Source of the DNA: Gemmatimonadaceae bacterium | GTDB lineage: Bacteria; Gemmatimonadota; Gemmatimonadetes; Gemmatimonadales; Gemmatimonadaceae | DNA length: 64,000 nucleotides | Assembly (NCBI GenBank): GCA_040901985.1 | Contig: JBBDYC010000003.1 | Coordinates: 28,283 to 92,282 of the forward strand | Direction: 5' to 3' | Part shown: positions 13,503 to 22,896 of the stretch, in pieces | How the letters are laid out: each line of letters starts with the position of its first letter | How positions within the stretch are numbered: the stretch's first letter is position 1 | Notes under the pieces: generated by a model | Seen by the model: only the letters and a program-made list of their open reading frames with translations | Told to the model about the DNA's origin: nothing | Database searches by the model: none | Translations under genes and position numbers: made by a program

Positions 13503-14114
13503 GTGCGTTTTCTCCCGAAGGACGAAGGCTTCTTTGGCCTCTTCGACCAGCTGGCCGCGCGCCTCCGCACCTCGTCCGTCCTCCTCAAGGAGCTCTTCGG
13601 CGACCCGTCCCGCCTCGAGGAGCTCGCCATCAAGATCAAGGCGGAGGAGCACGCCGCCGACGCCACCACGTTCGAGGTGATGCAGCGCATTGACCGCTCC
13701 TTCGTCACCCCGCTCGACCGGGAGGACATCCATCTGCTCGCCAACCGGCTCGACAACGTGGTGGACCTGATTGATGGGACCGCGCGCCGCGCACAGATGT
13801 TTCAGATCACCGAGCGCCGGGAGCCGGCGATCGGCCTGCTCGACGTGCTCGTCGAGTGCGCCACGGTGATCGCCGAAGGCGTAAAGGAGATTCGCACGCC
13901 GGCGGCCGTGTACAAGTCGGCGCGCCGCGTGAAGGAACTGGAGGAGAAGGCCGACGCGCTCTACGCCAAGGCGATCGGCGCCCTCTTCGCCGGCACGCCC
14001 GACCCGCTGGTCGTGATCAAGTGGAAGGAGATCTACGACAACCTCGAGCACGCGGTGGACGAGTGCGAGGACGTGGCGAACGTGCTCGAGAGCATCTCAC
14101 TGAAAAACTCCTGA
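13503..14114 (+). CDS. DUF47 / PhoU-like phosphate transport regulator
   Basis: FVTPLDREDI, LEEKAD, IKWKEIYDNLEHAVDECEDVAN; adjacent to PiT. Confidence 0.9.
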   Translation: MRFLPKDEGFFGLFDQLAARLRTSSVLLKELFGDPSRLEELAIKIKAEEHAADATTFEVMQRIDRSFVTPLDREDIHLLANRLDNVVDLIDGTARRAQMFQITERREPAIGLLDVLVECATVIAEGVKEIRTPAAVYKSARRVKELEEKADALYAKAIGALFAGTPDPLVVIKWKEIYDNLEHAVDECEDVANVLESISLKNS

Positions 14115-14116
14115 CC

Positions 14117-15148
14117 GTGGTCTGGTACATCCTGGCGATCGTCGCGGTCGCCTTCATCTTCGACTTCATCAACGGGTTCCACGACAGCGCGAACTCCATC
14201 GCGACGATCGTCGGGACGCGGGTGCTGTCGCCGCTGACGGCTGTGGCCTGGGCGGCGACCTTCAACTTCACCGCCCTCTTCATCTTCGAGACGCGGGTCG
14301 CCAAGACGATCGGCACCGGGATGATCGAGCTCGCCCTCGTGAACCCCGACGTGATCCTCGCCGCTCTCATCGGCGCGATCGCCTGGAACCTGATCACCTG
14401 GTACGTCGGCATCCCGTCGAGCTCGTCCCACGCGCTGATTGGTGGCTACGGAGGTGCGGCGCTGGCCAAGGCCGGGTTCGCGGCACTGATCCTCCCCGGC
14501 TGGGTGAAGCCGATCCTCTTCATCATCCTCTCGCCGATGCTCGGCATGCTCGCCGGCTGGTCGCTGATGGTCGGCACCAGTTGGCTCTTCCGGAAGGCGC
14601 GGCCGGCCACCGTCGAGCCGCTCTTCCGCGTCATGCAGATCACGAGTTCGGCGCTCTTCTCGCTTTCCCACGGCGCCAACGACGCCCAGAAGACCATGGG
14701 CATCATCGTGTCGCTCCTCGTCACCGCCCAGGCGTATTTCATCAATGAGACCGGTTTCCTGAACCACTTCTATCTTGCCAACGGCGACGAAATCCCGTTC
14801 TGGATCAAGCTCGGCGCGCACCTCGCCATCGCGCTCGGCACGTTGATGGGCGGCTGGCGGATCGTGCATACGCTGGGCTCGCGAGTGACCAAGCTGCGGC
14901 CGATCGGCGGCTTTTGCGCCGAGACCGGCGGTGCGTCGGCGATCTTCCTCGCCACCGCGTTCGGGATCCCGGTCAGCACGACGCACTCCATCTCCGGCGC
15001 GATCGTCGGCGTCGGCGCCACGCACCGGCTTTCCGCCGTCCGTTGGGGACTCGCCGGACGGATGATCTGGGCCTGGGTGCTCACCATCCCGGCGTCGGCG
15101 ACGGTCGCCGCACTCTCCTACTGGGCGGTCGCCGCCCTCCGCGGCTGA
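14117..15148 (+). CDS. pit: Inorganic phosphate transporter (PiT family)
   Basis: NGFHDSANSIAT and HGANDAQK signatures, PVSTTH. Confidence 0.95.
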   Translation: MVWYILAIVAVAFIFDFINGFHDSANSIATIVGTRVLSPLTAVAWAATFNFTALFIFETRVAKTIGTGMIELALVNPDVILAALIGAIAWNLITWYVGIPSSSSHALIGGYGGAALAKAGFAALILPGWVKPILFIILSPMLGMLAGWSLMVGTSWLFRKARPATVEPLFRVMQITSSALFSLSHGANDAQKTMGIIVSLLVTAQAYFINETGFLNHFYLANGDEIPFWIKLGAHLAIALGTLMGGWRIVHTLGSRVTKLRPIGGFCAETGGASAIFLATAFGIPVSTTHSISGAIVGVGATHRLSAVRWGLAGRMIWAWVLTIPASATVAALSYWAVAALRG

Positions 15149-15154
15149 CGACCG

Positions 15155-17344
15155 ATGTCTGACCTCGTCTCGAGGAACCCCGGCTACCTCAACCGCGAGC
15201 TCTCGTGGCTCGAGTTCAACGCGCGCGTCCTCCACGAGGCGGAGGACGAGCGGACGCCGCTCCTCGAGCGCCTCAAGTTCCTCGCGATCTTCGGGTCGAA
15301 CCTCGACGAGTTCTATATGGTGCGCGTCGCCGGCCTGCGGCGGCAGCTCTCGGCGGGCGTGTTGCAGACGCCGGCCGACGGCCTCACCGCGGCCGAGCAG
15401 CTTGAGCTCGCCGACGTGCGCGTGCGCGCGCTCAGCGCCCGCGCCCGCGTCCTCCTCCACGACGTGCTCCTGCCGCGCCTCGCCGAGATCGGCGTGGACA
15501 TCCTCCGCCCCGAGCAGCTGACCTCCGACGAGCGCGCTCGGGTGGACGATTTCTTCGACCAGCAGGCGTTCCCGGTGCTGACGCCGCTCGCGGTGGATCC
15601 GGGCCACCCGTTCCCCTACATCTCGAATCTCTCGCTCTCCCTCGCCGTCGAGCTGCGCGACCCCGAACGCGGCGAGGTGCGATTTGCCCGCGTGAAGGTG
15701 CCGAAGAGCCTCCCGCGGTGGGTCCCGACCGGCCGCCCGAACGCCTTCGTCCCGCTCGAGGCGGTAATCGGCGCGCGGCTCGACGCGCTCTTCCCGGGGA
15801 TGGAGGTGCTGGGCTGCTACACCTTCCGCATCACCCGCTACTCCGACCTCGAGATTTCGCACACCGAGGAGCCGGAGGACCTGCTGGCGATGATCGAGGA
15901 GCAGCTCTTCCAGCGGCGCTTCGGCGAGGTGGTGCGCCTCGAGGTCGAGACCGGCACGCCCCACCACTTGCGGGCGCTGCTGCTCGACGAGCTCCGCGCC
16001 AGCGAGGCGCCGGAGATGGCGCCCCTCTCGGAGCGCGAGGTGTACGAGCCGGGCCCGCTGCTCGACGTGAGCGACCTGATGGTGCTCTCGGCGCTCGACT
16101 TCCCCGAGCACCGGGAGGTGCCGCTGATCCCGGTCGTTCCCCCCGAGCTCCGGGACACCACGCGCTCGATCTTCGACGTGATCCGCGAGCACGAGATCCT
16201 GCTTCACCACCCGTTCGACTCGTTCGGCGCGTCGGTCGAGACGTTCATCGAGAGCGCGGCGCGCGACGAGCACGTGCTGGCCATCAAGATGACGCTCTAC
16301 CGCACGTCGGGCGACGGCGCGATCGTCCAGGCGCTGACCGAGGCGGCACAGCGCGGCAAGCAGGTCGCCGTCCTGGTCGAGCTGCAGGCGCGGTTCGACG
16401 AGGTGAACAACATCGCCTGGGCGCGGACCCTCGAGTCGTTCGGCGTCCACGTCGTCTACGGCCTTCCGGGGCTGAAGACGCACACCAAGACCGCGCTCGT
16501 CGTGCGGCGCGAGGCCGACGGGATCCGCCGCTACGTGCACATCGGCACTGGCAACTACAACACGCGCACCGCGCGCCTCTACACCGACCTCGGACTCATC
16601 ACCTGCGACGAGAGCATCGGGGCCGACATCAGCGACCTCTTCAACGCGCTCACCGGCTACTCGCGTCAGCGCGACTACCGGCGGCTCCTCGTGGCGCCGG
16701 TGAACATGCGCGAGCGCCTCCTCGCGCTCATTGACCGCGAGACCGCCCACGCGATGGCCGGCCGCCCCGGGCGCATCATCGCCAAGATGAACTCGCTGGT
16801 GGACGAGGAGTGCATCAACGCCCTCTACCGCGCGTCCACCGCCGGCGTCGAGGTGGACCTCGTCATCCGCGGCATCTGCTGCCTCCGCCCCGGCGTCGAG
16901 GGGATGTCCGAGCGGATCCGGGTCACCAGCATCATCGGCCGCTTCCTCGAGCACTCGCGCCTTTGGATGTTCGGCAACGACGGGGACCCCGAGTACTACT
17001 TCGGCTCGGCCGACTGGATGCCCCGCAACCTCGACCGGCGCGTCGAGGTCGTCACCCCGGTGGAGAACGCGACCTTCAAGGAGCGTCTGCAGTCGGTGCT
17101 CGAGATCTGCCTCGCCGACAACCGCCAGGCGTGGGAGCTCCGGCCGGACGGGAGCTACGTCCAGCGCGACCCGGGCGAGCGCGGCGAGCGCGCCACCCAC
17201 CGGATGCTCCTCCGCGACTCGTGGGGCGCCAGCCGCGAGAGCGGCGCCTACTCGATTCAGGCGAGCCCGCTGCGGAGGGACGCCGCAAAGGCGCCCGGCA
17301 GGCCGCCCTCCTCGACCGCCGAGCACGCCGCGTTCAAGTCGTAG
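15155..17344 (+). CDS. ppk1: Polyphosphate kinase 1
   Basis: NRELSWLEFNARV, SNLDEFYMVRV, HHPF, LKTHTK (phospho-His), GRFLEHSR, SADWMPRN. Confidence 0.97.
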   Translation: MSDLVSRNPGYLNRELSWLEFNARVLHEAEDERTPLLERLKFLAIFGSNLDEFYMVRVAGLRRQLSAGVLQTPADGLTAAEQLELADVRVRALSARARVLLHDVLLPRLAEIGVDILRPEQLTSDERARVDDFFDQQAFPVLTPLAVDPGHPFPYISNLSLSLAVELRDPERGEVRFARVKVPKSLPRWVPTGRPNAFVPLEAVIGARLDALFPGMEVLGCYTFRITRYSDLEISHTEEPEDLLAMIEEQLFQRRFGEVVRLEVETGTPHHLRALLLDELRASEAPEMAPLSEREVYEPGPLLDVSDLMVLSALDFPEHREVPLIPVVPPELRDTTRSIFDVIREHEILLHHPFDSFGASVETFIESAARDEHVLAIKMTLYRTSGDGAIVQALTEAAQRGKQVAVLVELQARFDEVNNIAWARTLESFGVHVVYGLPGLKTHTKTALVVRREADGIRRYVHIGTGNYNTRTARLYTDLGLITCDESIGADISDLFNALTGYSRQRDYRRLLVAPVNMRERLLALIDRETAHAMAGRPGRIIAKMNSLVDEECINALYRASTAGVEVDLVIRGICCLRPGVEGMSERIRVTSIIGRFLEHSRLWMFGNDGDPEYYFGSADWMPRNLDRRVEVVTPVENATFKERLQSVLEICLADNRQAWELRPDGSYVQRDPGERGERATHRMLLRDSWGASRESGAYSIQASPLRRDAAKAPGRPPSSTAEHAAFKS

Positions 17345-18012
17345 GGCACCCGCACCTGGTCCACCCGCGGCGCGCCCTCGCCGAGCGTGAGCAGCGCGTA
17401 CCCGGCACGCGGGTCGCCGTCCTTCGGCCGGCCCACCGAGCCGGTGTTCACGAAGAGCACGCCGTCCACCGTCCGGTGCCACGGCTTGTGCGTGTGGCCG
17501 AACGCAATCACGTCGCCGTCGCCGGCGCCCGCAGCGGCCGCCATCTTCCGCAGAAAATCGTCCGACCGGTCCTCGGTCACGTACACCAGGTTGTTCTGCG
17601 GCGTCGCGTGGAGGAGGATCACCGTCGGGCCGGCCACGTGCCCGCCGAGCGGGCGCAACTCGAGCCGGAACGGCAGCGCGGCCAGCGCCGCGCGCGTGGC
17701 CTCGGTCACGTGGGCAAGCGTCCAGGTGAAGCTCTCGTGCGCCAGGGCCTCCTGCTCCGCATTCTCCGAGCGGCACCCGCAGTGCTTGTAGCGATGCGCG
17801 ACGGTGGAATCGTAGTTGCCCGCCACGCCAGGAATTCCCTCGGCAACGAGCCGCGCGACAACCTCGTTGGGAAAGGCGTGGTAGCCGACGAGGTCGCCGA
17901 GGTGGTAGCGGCCGGCGATGTCCGGCCGGCGCGCGATGTCGGCGAGCACGGCGTCGAGCGCGTGGAGGTTCGCGTGGACGTCGGAGAGGAGGGCGAGCCG
18001 CACGGCGGCCAT
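17257..18012 (-). CDS. Calcineurin-like metallophosphoesterase (arsenic-cassette associated, CGC motif)
   Basis: SDVHAN, GDLVGY, GNYD, GHTH, NTGSVG; extra HCGC; start overlaps the arsR stop. Confidence 0.88.
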   Translation of the reverse strand: MAAVRLALLSDVHANLHALDAVLADIARRPDIAGRYHLGDLVGYHAFPNEVVARLVAEGIPGVAGNYDSTVAHRYKHCGCRSENAEQEALAHESFTWTLAHVTEATRAALAALPFRLELRPLGGHVAGPTVILLHATPQNNLVYVTEDRSDDFLRKMAAAAGAGDGDVIAFGHTHKPWHRTVDGVLFVNTGSVGRPKDGDPRAGYALLTLGEGAPRVDQVRVPYDLNAACSAVEEGGLPGAFAASLRSGLA

Positions 18013-18395
18013 CAGCAGGGCGCCGTGCGCCGGCGGCCGGCGGCGGTGGCGGCGGCGGCGCGGGCCCGCCGCAGCGTGGTGTCGGCGCCGGCGAGCCGCT
18101 TGAGGAGGGCGTCGAGTTGGTGCTGCGCCGCGGCGGGGAGGCGGGCGAGCCGATAGTACGCGAACGTGCCGCGGCGCTCGACGGTGACGAGCGCCGCGCG
18201 GCGGAGCCGCGCGAGATGGCGCGACACGAAGGGTTGCGAGAGGCCCGTGAGCGCCACGAGGTCGCAGACGCAGAGTTCGCCGCCGGCGAGGAGGTTGAGC
18301 AGGCGGAGCCGCGCCGGGTCGGCGCAGGCCTCGTGCAGGCCGGCGATCGCGAGGAGCGCCGATCGCGCGGCTGGCGGCAGGGCGGTCGCGGGCAT
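18012..18395 (-). CDS. arsR: ArsR/SmtB-family arsenite-responsive repressor
   Basis: DPARLRLL, ELCVCDL metal-binding helix, SQPFVSRHLARLR. Confidence 0.9.
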   Translation of the reverse strand: MPATALPPAARSALLAIAGLHEACADPARLRLLNLLAGGELCVCDLVALTGLSQPFVSRHLARLRRAALVTVERRGTFAYYRLARLPAAAQHQLDALLKRLAGADTTLRRARAAAATAAGRRRTAPC

Positions 18396-18415
18396 ATATA
18401 TGATATACCATATGC
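18392..18415. promoter_or_regulatory. AT-rich divergent promoter/operator between arsR and acr3
   Basis: Imperfect palindrome GCATAT-N12-ATATGC spanning both start codons; TATGAT 7 nt before the acr3 ATG. Confidence 0.65.
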
Positions 18416-19515
18416 AAGATGCGTTGCGCCAGCCCCCGCCGCCCGTGGCCCCCGTGACCGCCCCGATCCTCGCGCGGCTCGGCGCCCTCGATCGCTTCCT
18501 CCCCCTCTGGATCTTCGCCGCGATGGTGCTCGGCCTCGGCCTCGGACGCGCCTGGCCCGGACTCGGCGCCGCGCTCGACGCCGTGCAGGTCGCCGGCGTT
18601 TCGGTCCCGATCGCCGTCGGCCTGCTCTGGATGATGTATCCGGTGCTCGCCAAGGTCCGCTACGAGAGCATCGGCCGCCACGCCGCCAACCCGCGGCTGC
18701 TCGGCACCTCGCTGTTCCTGAACTGGGTGGTCGGGCCGCTGGTGATGTTCGGCCTCGCCTGGCTCTTCCTGCCCGACCTCCCGGAGTACCGCAACGGGCT
18801 GATCCTGATCGGGCTCGCGCGCTGCATCGCGATGGTCCTCATCTGGAACACGCTCGCCTGCGGCTCGAACGAACTCGCCGCCGTGCTGGTGGCGCTCAAC
18901 TCGGTCTTCCAGATCCTGACCTACTCGCTCCTCGGGTACCTCTTCCTCGCCGTGATCCCGGGGTGGCTCGGCGCCGAGACCGCGGCGCTCGACGTCTCGA
19001 TGGGCGAGATCGCCAAGAGCGTGGCAATCTTCCTCGGGATTCCGCTCTTCGCCGGCTGGCTCACGCGACGCACGCTCGTCCGCCGGCGCGGCGCGGCCTG
19101 GTACGACGGAGTCTTCATTCCGCGCATTGCGCCGACCGCGCTCATCGGCCTGCTCTACACGATCGTCCTGATGTTCGCGATGCAGGGGGACCGGATCCTC
19201 GCCTCGCCGTTCGACGTGCTGCGGATCGCGCTGCCGATGGTCGTCTACTTCGGCCTGATGTTCGCGCTGGCCTTCGCCCTCTCCCGGCGCCTCGGGTTCG
19301 ACTACCCGACGACGGCGGCACTCTCGTTCACGGCGGCCGGCAACAACTTCGAGCTCGCCATCGCAGTGGCCATCGGCACGTTCGGGATCGCCTCCGGCGA
19401 GGCGCTGGCGGCGGTGGTGGGCCCACTGATCGAGGTGCCGGTGCTGGTCGCCCTCGTCTACGTCTCGCTCTGGGCGCAGCGGCGCTACTTCCCGGCGGCG
19501 GCCGTCGCGGCGTAG
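18412..19515 (+). CDS. acr3: Acr3-family arsenite efflux pump
   Basis: MMYPVLAKV, GLARCIAMV, AAGNNFELAIAVA, GPLIEVP. Confidence 0.95.
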   Translation: MQDALRQPPPPVAPVTAPILARLGALDRFLPLWIFAAMVLGLGLGRAWPGLGAALDAVQVAGVSVPIAVGLLWMMYPVLAKVRYESIGRHAANPRLLGTSLFLNWVVGPLVMFGLAWLFLPDLPEYRNGLILIGLARCIAMVLIWNTLACGSNELAAVLVALNSVFQILTYSLLGYLFLAVIPGWLGAETAALDVSMGEIAKSVAIFLGIPLFAGWLTRRTLVRRRGAAWYDGVFIPRIAPTALIGLLYTIVLMFAMQGDRILASPFDVLRIALPMVVYFGLMFALAFALSRRLGFDYPTTAALSFTAAGNNFELAIAVAIGTFGIASGEALAAVVGPLIEVPVLVALVYVSLWAQRRYFPAAAVAA

Positions 19516-21087
19516 TCAGTCCGTGTCGTCGTCTCCGTCGTCCGGCGTGTACACCTCGCCGCTGGGCGCGACCACCTCGACCGGCACGTCGGCCATCTCG
19601 GCAAGGAGCGCCGCCTTGCGGCTGGCGCCCCAGAGTTCGAGTCGCAGCACCCCGTTGGCCCGGCGCGCCACCGGGGTCAGCCGGAGCGCGCGCTCAAGCC
19701 AACGCACCTTGATCCGGTCCACCGCGTTGACGTGGCCGCGGTCGAACCCGTCGGCCACGCGCAGGATCGCGCTGAGGCGGCGGATGCGCTCGCGGGTGCC
19801 GCGGTCGAGCGCCCAGAACGCTTCGTGCCGGCGCGCCGGCTCGGCGCCGCGGTGATACCGCGCCACGTGCGCGATCACCAACTGCTCGTCCGGCGCGATT
19901 CCCAGCAGGTCGGCGTGCTGGATGAGATGGAACGAGTGCTTGTGGTGTCCCTGATAGTTGATGTGGTAGCCCACATCGTGGAGGAGCGCCGCGTCGGCGA
20001 GGGTCGCGCGGTCGGCCGGCGCACAGCCAATCCGCGCGCCGATCGCGTCGAACAGCTGCAGCGCGAGCCGCTGGACCGTCCTCGCGTGGCCCTCCTCGTA
20101 GTGGCAGCGTTCGGCGAACGCGACGACTGAGCGCTGGCGCGCCTCGCCGGGGTCGGCGATCACCGGCATCACGCGCGCCGTCTCGAGCAGGAGTCCCTCG
20201 CGGATCCCGAATGCCGACGCCGACACCTCGCGCGGCTCGACTCGCGCCAGCACCTCCGCCACCACGGCGAGTCCGGCGACGATGATGTCGGCGCGTCCGG
20301 GGTTGAGCCCCTCGACGTCGAGCCGCTCGGCCGGCGTCAGCGCCGCGAGCTGCTCGAGGATGTGCTCCAGGTCGTGGCGCGGGATCCGCGTCCCGTGCAC
20401 GCTGCGGACGCGGATCCCCTGCCGTGCGAGATGCATCCCCGCGAGGTTAGTGAAGGTGCCGCCCGACCCGATGACCTCGGCGCCGCGCCAGTCGCGGACC
20501 GGGAGCGACTTGCGGATGGCGCCGCGGACGTGCTTGCGGAGCTTCTTCACGCCCTTCGGGATGCTGCGGTCGGTGAGGAAGCGCTCGGTCAGCCGGATGG
20601 CGCCGAACGGGAACGAGAGGAGGCGTTCGACGAGTCCCTCGGCGACGAGCGCGAGCTCGAGCGATCCGCCGCCGATGTCCATCACTACCGAGCGCCCGAC
20701 GCCGAGTTCGAAGTGGGCGAGCGCCGAGCGGTAGGCGAGCCGCGCCTCCTCCTCGCCGGCGAGGAGCCGCACGCGCACGCCGGCCTCGCGGCGGAGCCGC
20801 GTGAGGAACACCCCGCCGTTGGCGGCGTCGCGCACGGCGCTCGTGGCGACGACCTCGATCCGCTTGGCGCCAAGCTGGCGCGCAAGGTCGGCCATCCGCG
20901 CGACCGCCTCGACCGCCTCGCCCATCCGCTCCTCGTCGAGCGCGCCGGCCTCGGCGAGTCCGGCGCCGAGGCGCGGCGCGGCCTTCATCTCGTCCACCAC
21001 GCGGATCGCGCCCTCGGGCGAGATGTCGGCGACGATCTGGCGGATCGAGTTGGAGCCGATGTCGATCGCGGCGATCCGCTGGTCCAT
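19516..21087 (-). CDS. ppx: Ppx/GppA exopolyphosphatase with HD domain
   Basis: AIDIGSNSIR, ATSAVRDA, DIGGGSLE, GIREG, LHDVG, ARYHR. Confidence 0.95.
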   Translation of the reverse strand: MDQRIAAIDIGSNSIRQIVADISPEGAIRVVDEMKAAPRLGAGLAEAGALDEERMGEAVEAVARMADLARQLGAKRIEVVATSAVRDAANGGVFLTRLRREAGVRVRLLAGEEEARLAYRSALAHFELGVGRSVVMDIGGGSLELALVAEGLVERLLSFPFGAIRLTERFLTDRSIPKGVKKLRKHVRGAIRKSLPVRDWRGAEVIGSGGTFTNLAGMHLARQGIRVRSVHGTRIPRHDLEHILEQLAALTPAERLDVEGLNPGRADIIVAGLAVVAEVLARVEPREVSASAFGIREGLLLETARVMPVIADPGEARQRSVVAFAERCHYEEGHARTVQRLALQLFDAIGARIGCAPADRATLADAALLHDVGYHINYQGHHKHSFHLIQHADLLGIAPDEQLVIAHVARYHRGAEPARRHEAFWALDRGTRERIRRLSAILRVADGFDRGHVNAVDRIKVRWLERALRLTPVARRANGVLRLELWGASRKAALLAEMADVPVEVVAPSGEVYTPDDGDDDTD

Positions 21088-21180
21088 TGGCGGGAGAGAG
21101 GGACGTGACTCTCCCGAAGTTGGGTGATCGCCCGGGGCAGGGCAACGGGCGAGCGCCGCAGACGGTTCCCCGCCTGCCCC

Positions 21181-22896
21181 CTACGCCCGGTCGCCTGGGA
21201 AGTACGCCGTCATCGTCGTGCCGACATCCACTTCCGACGACGCGCGGATGCGCCCCCCGTGGGCCTCGACCAGATGCTTGACGATCGCGAGGCCGAGGCC
21301 GGTACCGCCCTCGCCGCGCGCGCGGCCCGAATCCACGCGGTAGAACCGCTCGAAGAGGCGCGGCAGGTGCTCGACGGCAATCCCCGTGCCGGTGTCCCGC
21401 ACGCCCACCACCGTTCCGCGGTCGCGGCGCTCCGAGAACAGGGTCACGCTCCCGCGCGACGTATGGCGCACGGCGTTGTCCACGAGGTTGCCGAGCACCT
21501 GGCGCAGCGCGGTCGCGTCGGCATACACGGTGCGCGCGTCGGGCGCGACCTCGCTCGCCAGCGCCAAGCCCTTGGCGACCGCCGCGTCGCGCGCCGCCGC
21601 CATCACCTCAGCGGTCATCGCCGTGAGATCCACCTGCTGCGGATTGGGCACCCACCCCCCCGACTCGATCCGCGAGAGGTCGAGCAGGTCGTCCACGATC
21701 CGCTGCATACGGCGCGTGTTGCCGAGGATCCGCTCGGCGAACAGGCGCTGGGCGTCCCCCGGGACGTCGCCTTCGGCCAGCGTCTCGGCGAATCCGCCGA
21801 TGATCGTCAGCGGCGTGCGCAGCTCGTGCGACACGTTCGCCACGAAGTCCCGGCGCACGCCCTCGAGTCGCCGCACGCGGGTGAGGTCGAACAGCGCCAG
21901 CACGGCGCCGCCCCCGGTGAGCGGGCGCGCGGTCACGTTGAGCGTGCGGCCGGCCACCACCAGTTCGGCCCCCTCGGTGGTCGCGCCGGCAAAGGCGTCG
22001 TCGAGCGCGTCGCGCAGCGCCACGTCGCGCGGCAACTCCTCGGCCGGGAAGGGGAGTGGCGCGCGCGTCCCGAGCAGGCGCCGCGCCGTCTCGTTGATCC
22101 GCACGACCCGCCGCCGCGTGTCCACGGCGATCACGCCCTCGTTGAGCGACTCGGTCAGCTGCCGGAGGATCGTCTCTTCCGTCTCGAGCGCCTGCAGGCG
22201 CGCGGACAGCTGCTCGGCAAGGCGGCGGAGTGCGACCGCAAGTTCGCCGACCTCGGCCGGCGCGTCGAGCGTCGGCCGCCGGTTCAGGTCGCCGTCGGCG
22301 ATTGCTTGGGCGACGTCGCGCAGCTCCGCGATCGGGCGGGAGACCGTGCGCGAGAAGAGCCAGGCGATCGCGAGCGCGCCAAGGAGCGCCAGCAGCGAGG
22401 CGCCGAGCACGTCGCGCCGCGCGTCCCCGGTCATGGCGTCGAGGCTCCGCGTCGGGAGCGAGACCCGCGCCACGCCGCGCCCGGGCACGACGGTCGCCAC
22501 GTACAGCTCGAGGTCGCCGGTGGACGGCGAGGGGCGCCGCGCCGATCCTGATGCCCCCGTTGCCAGCGCCTCGGCGACCTCGGGACGCGATAGATGGTTC
22601 TGCAGCGCGGCGAGGGCATCGCCGTCGAACTCCGAATCGCCGACCACCACGCCGTCCGGCGCCACCAACGTCACCCGCCGGCCGAGCGCCGCCCCGATCC
22701 GGTCGGCGAGGGAATCAGGAAACGCGCCGTCGCGCGACCACAGCACGCCCGCCAACTGCGCCTCGCGCGTGAGGTACCCGACGGCATCCGCGCGCAACCG
22801 GTCGCGCAGTTCGCGATTCCCGACCGTGACGATGAAGACAGCGAGGAACCCCACGACGATCAGGGCGCCGAGGAGGAGGCGTTGCGTCAGTCTCAC
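21181..22896 (-). CDS. phoR: PhoR-like sensor histidine kinase (HAMP, PAS, HisKA, HATPase)
   Basis: DFVANVSHELRTPLT, NLVDNA, FERFYRVD, GTGLGLAIVKH; phosphate-gene context. Confidence 0.85.
   Translation of the reverse strand: MRLTQRLLLGALIVVGFLAVFIVTVGNRELRDRLRADAVGYLTREAQLAGVLWSRDGAFPDSLADRIGAALGRRVTLVAPDGVVVGDSEFDGDALAALQNHLSRPEVAEALATGASGSARRPSPSTGDLELYVATVVPGRGVARVSLPTRSLDAMTGDARRDVLGASLLALLGALAIAWLFSRTVSRPIAELRDVAQAIADGDLNRRPTLDAPAEVGELAVALRRLAEQLSARLQALETEETILRQLTESLNEGVIAVDTRRRVVRINETARRLLGTRAPLPFPAEELPRDVALRDALDDAFAGATTEGAELVVAGRTLNVTARPLTGGGAVLALFDLTRVRRLEGVRRDFVANVSHELRTPLTIIGGFAETLAEGDVPGDAQRLFAERILGNTRRMQRIVDDLLDLSRIESGGWVPNPQQVDLTAMTAEVMAAARDAAVAKGLALASEVAPDARTVYADATALRQVLGNLVDNAVRHTSRGSVTLFSERRDRGTVVGVRDTGTGIAVEHLPRLFERFYRVDSGRARGEGGTGLGLAIVKHLVEAHGGRIRASSEVDVGTTMTAYFPGDRA

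Noticed and set aside
14033..17776. 1247-aa minus-strand ORF
   Set aside because: Antisense shadow of pit and ppk1; no motifs, typical of high-GC DNA.
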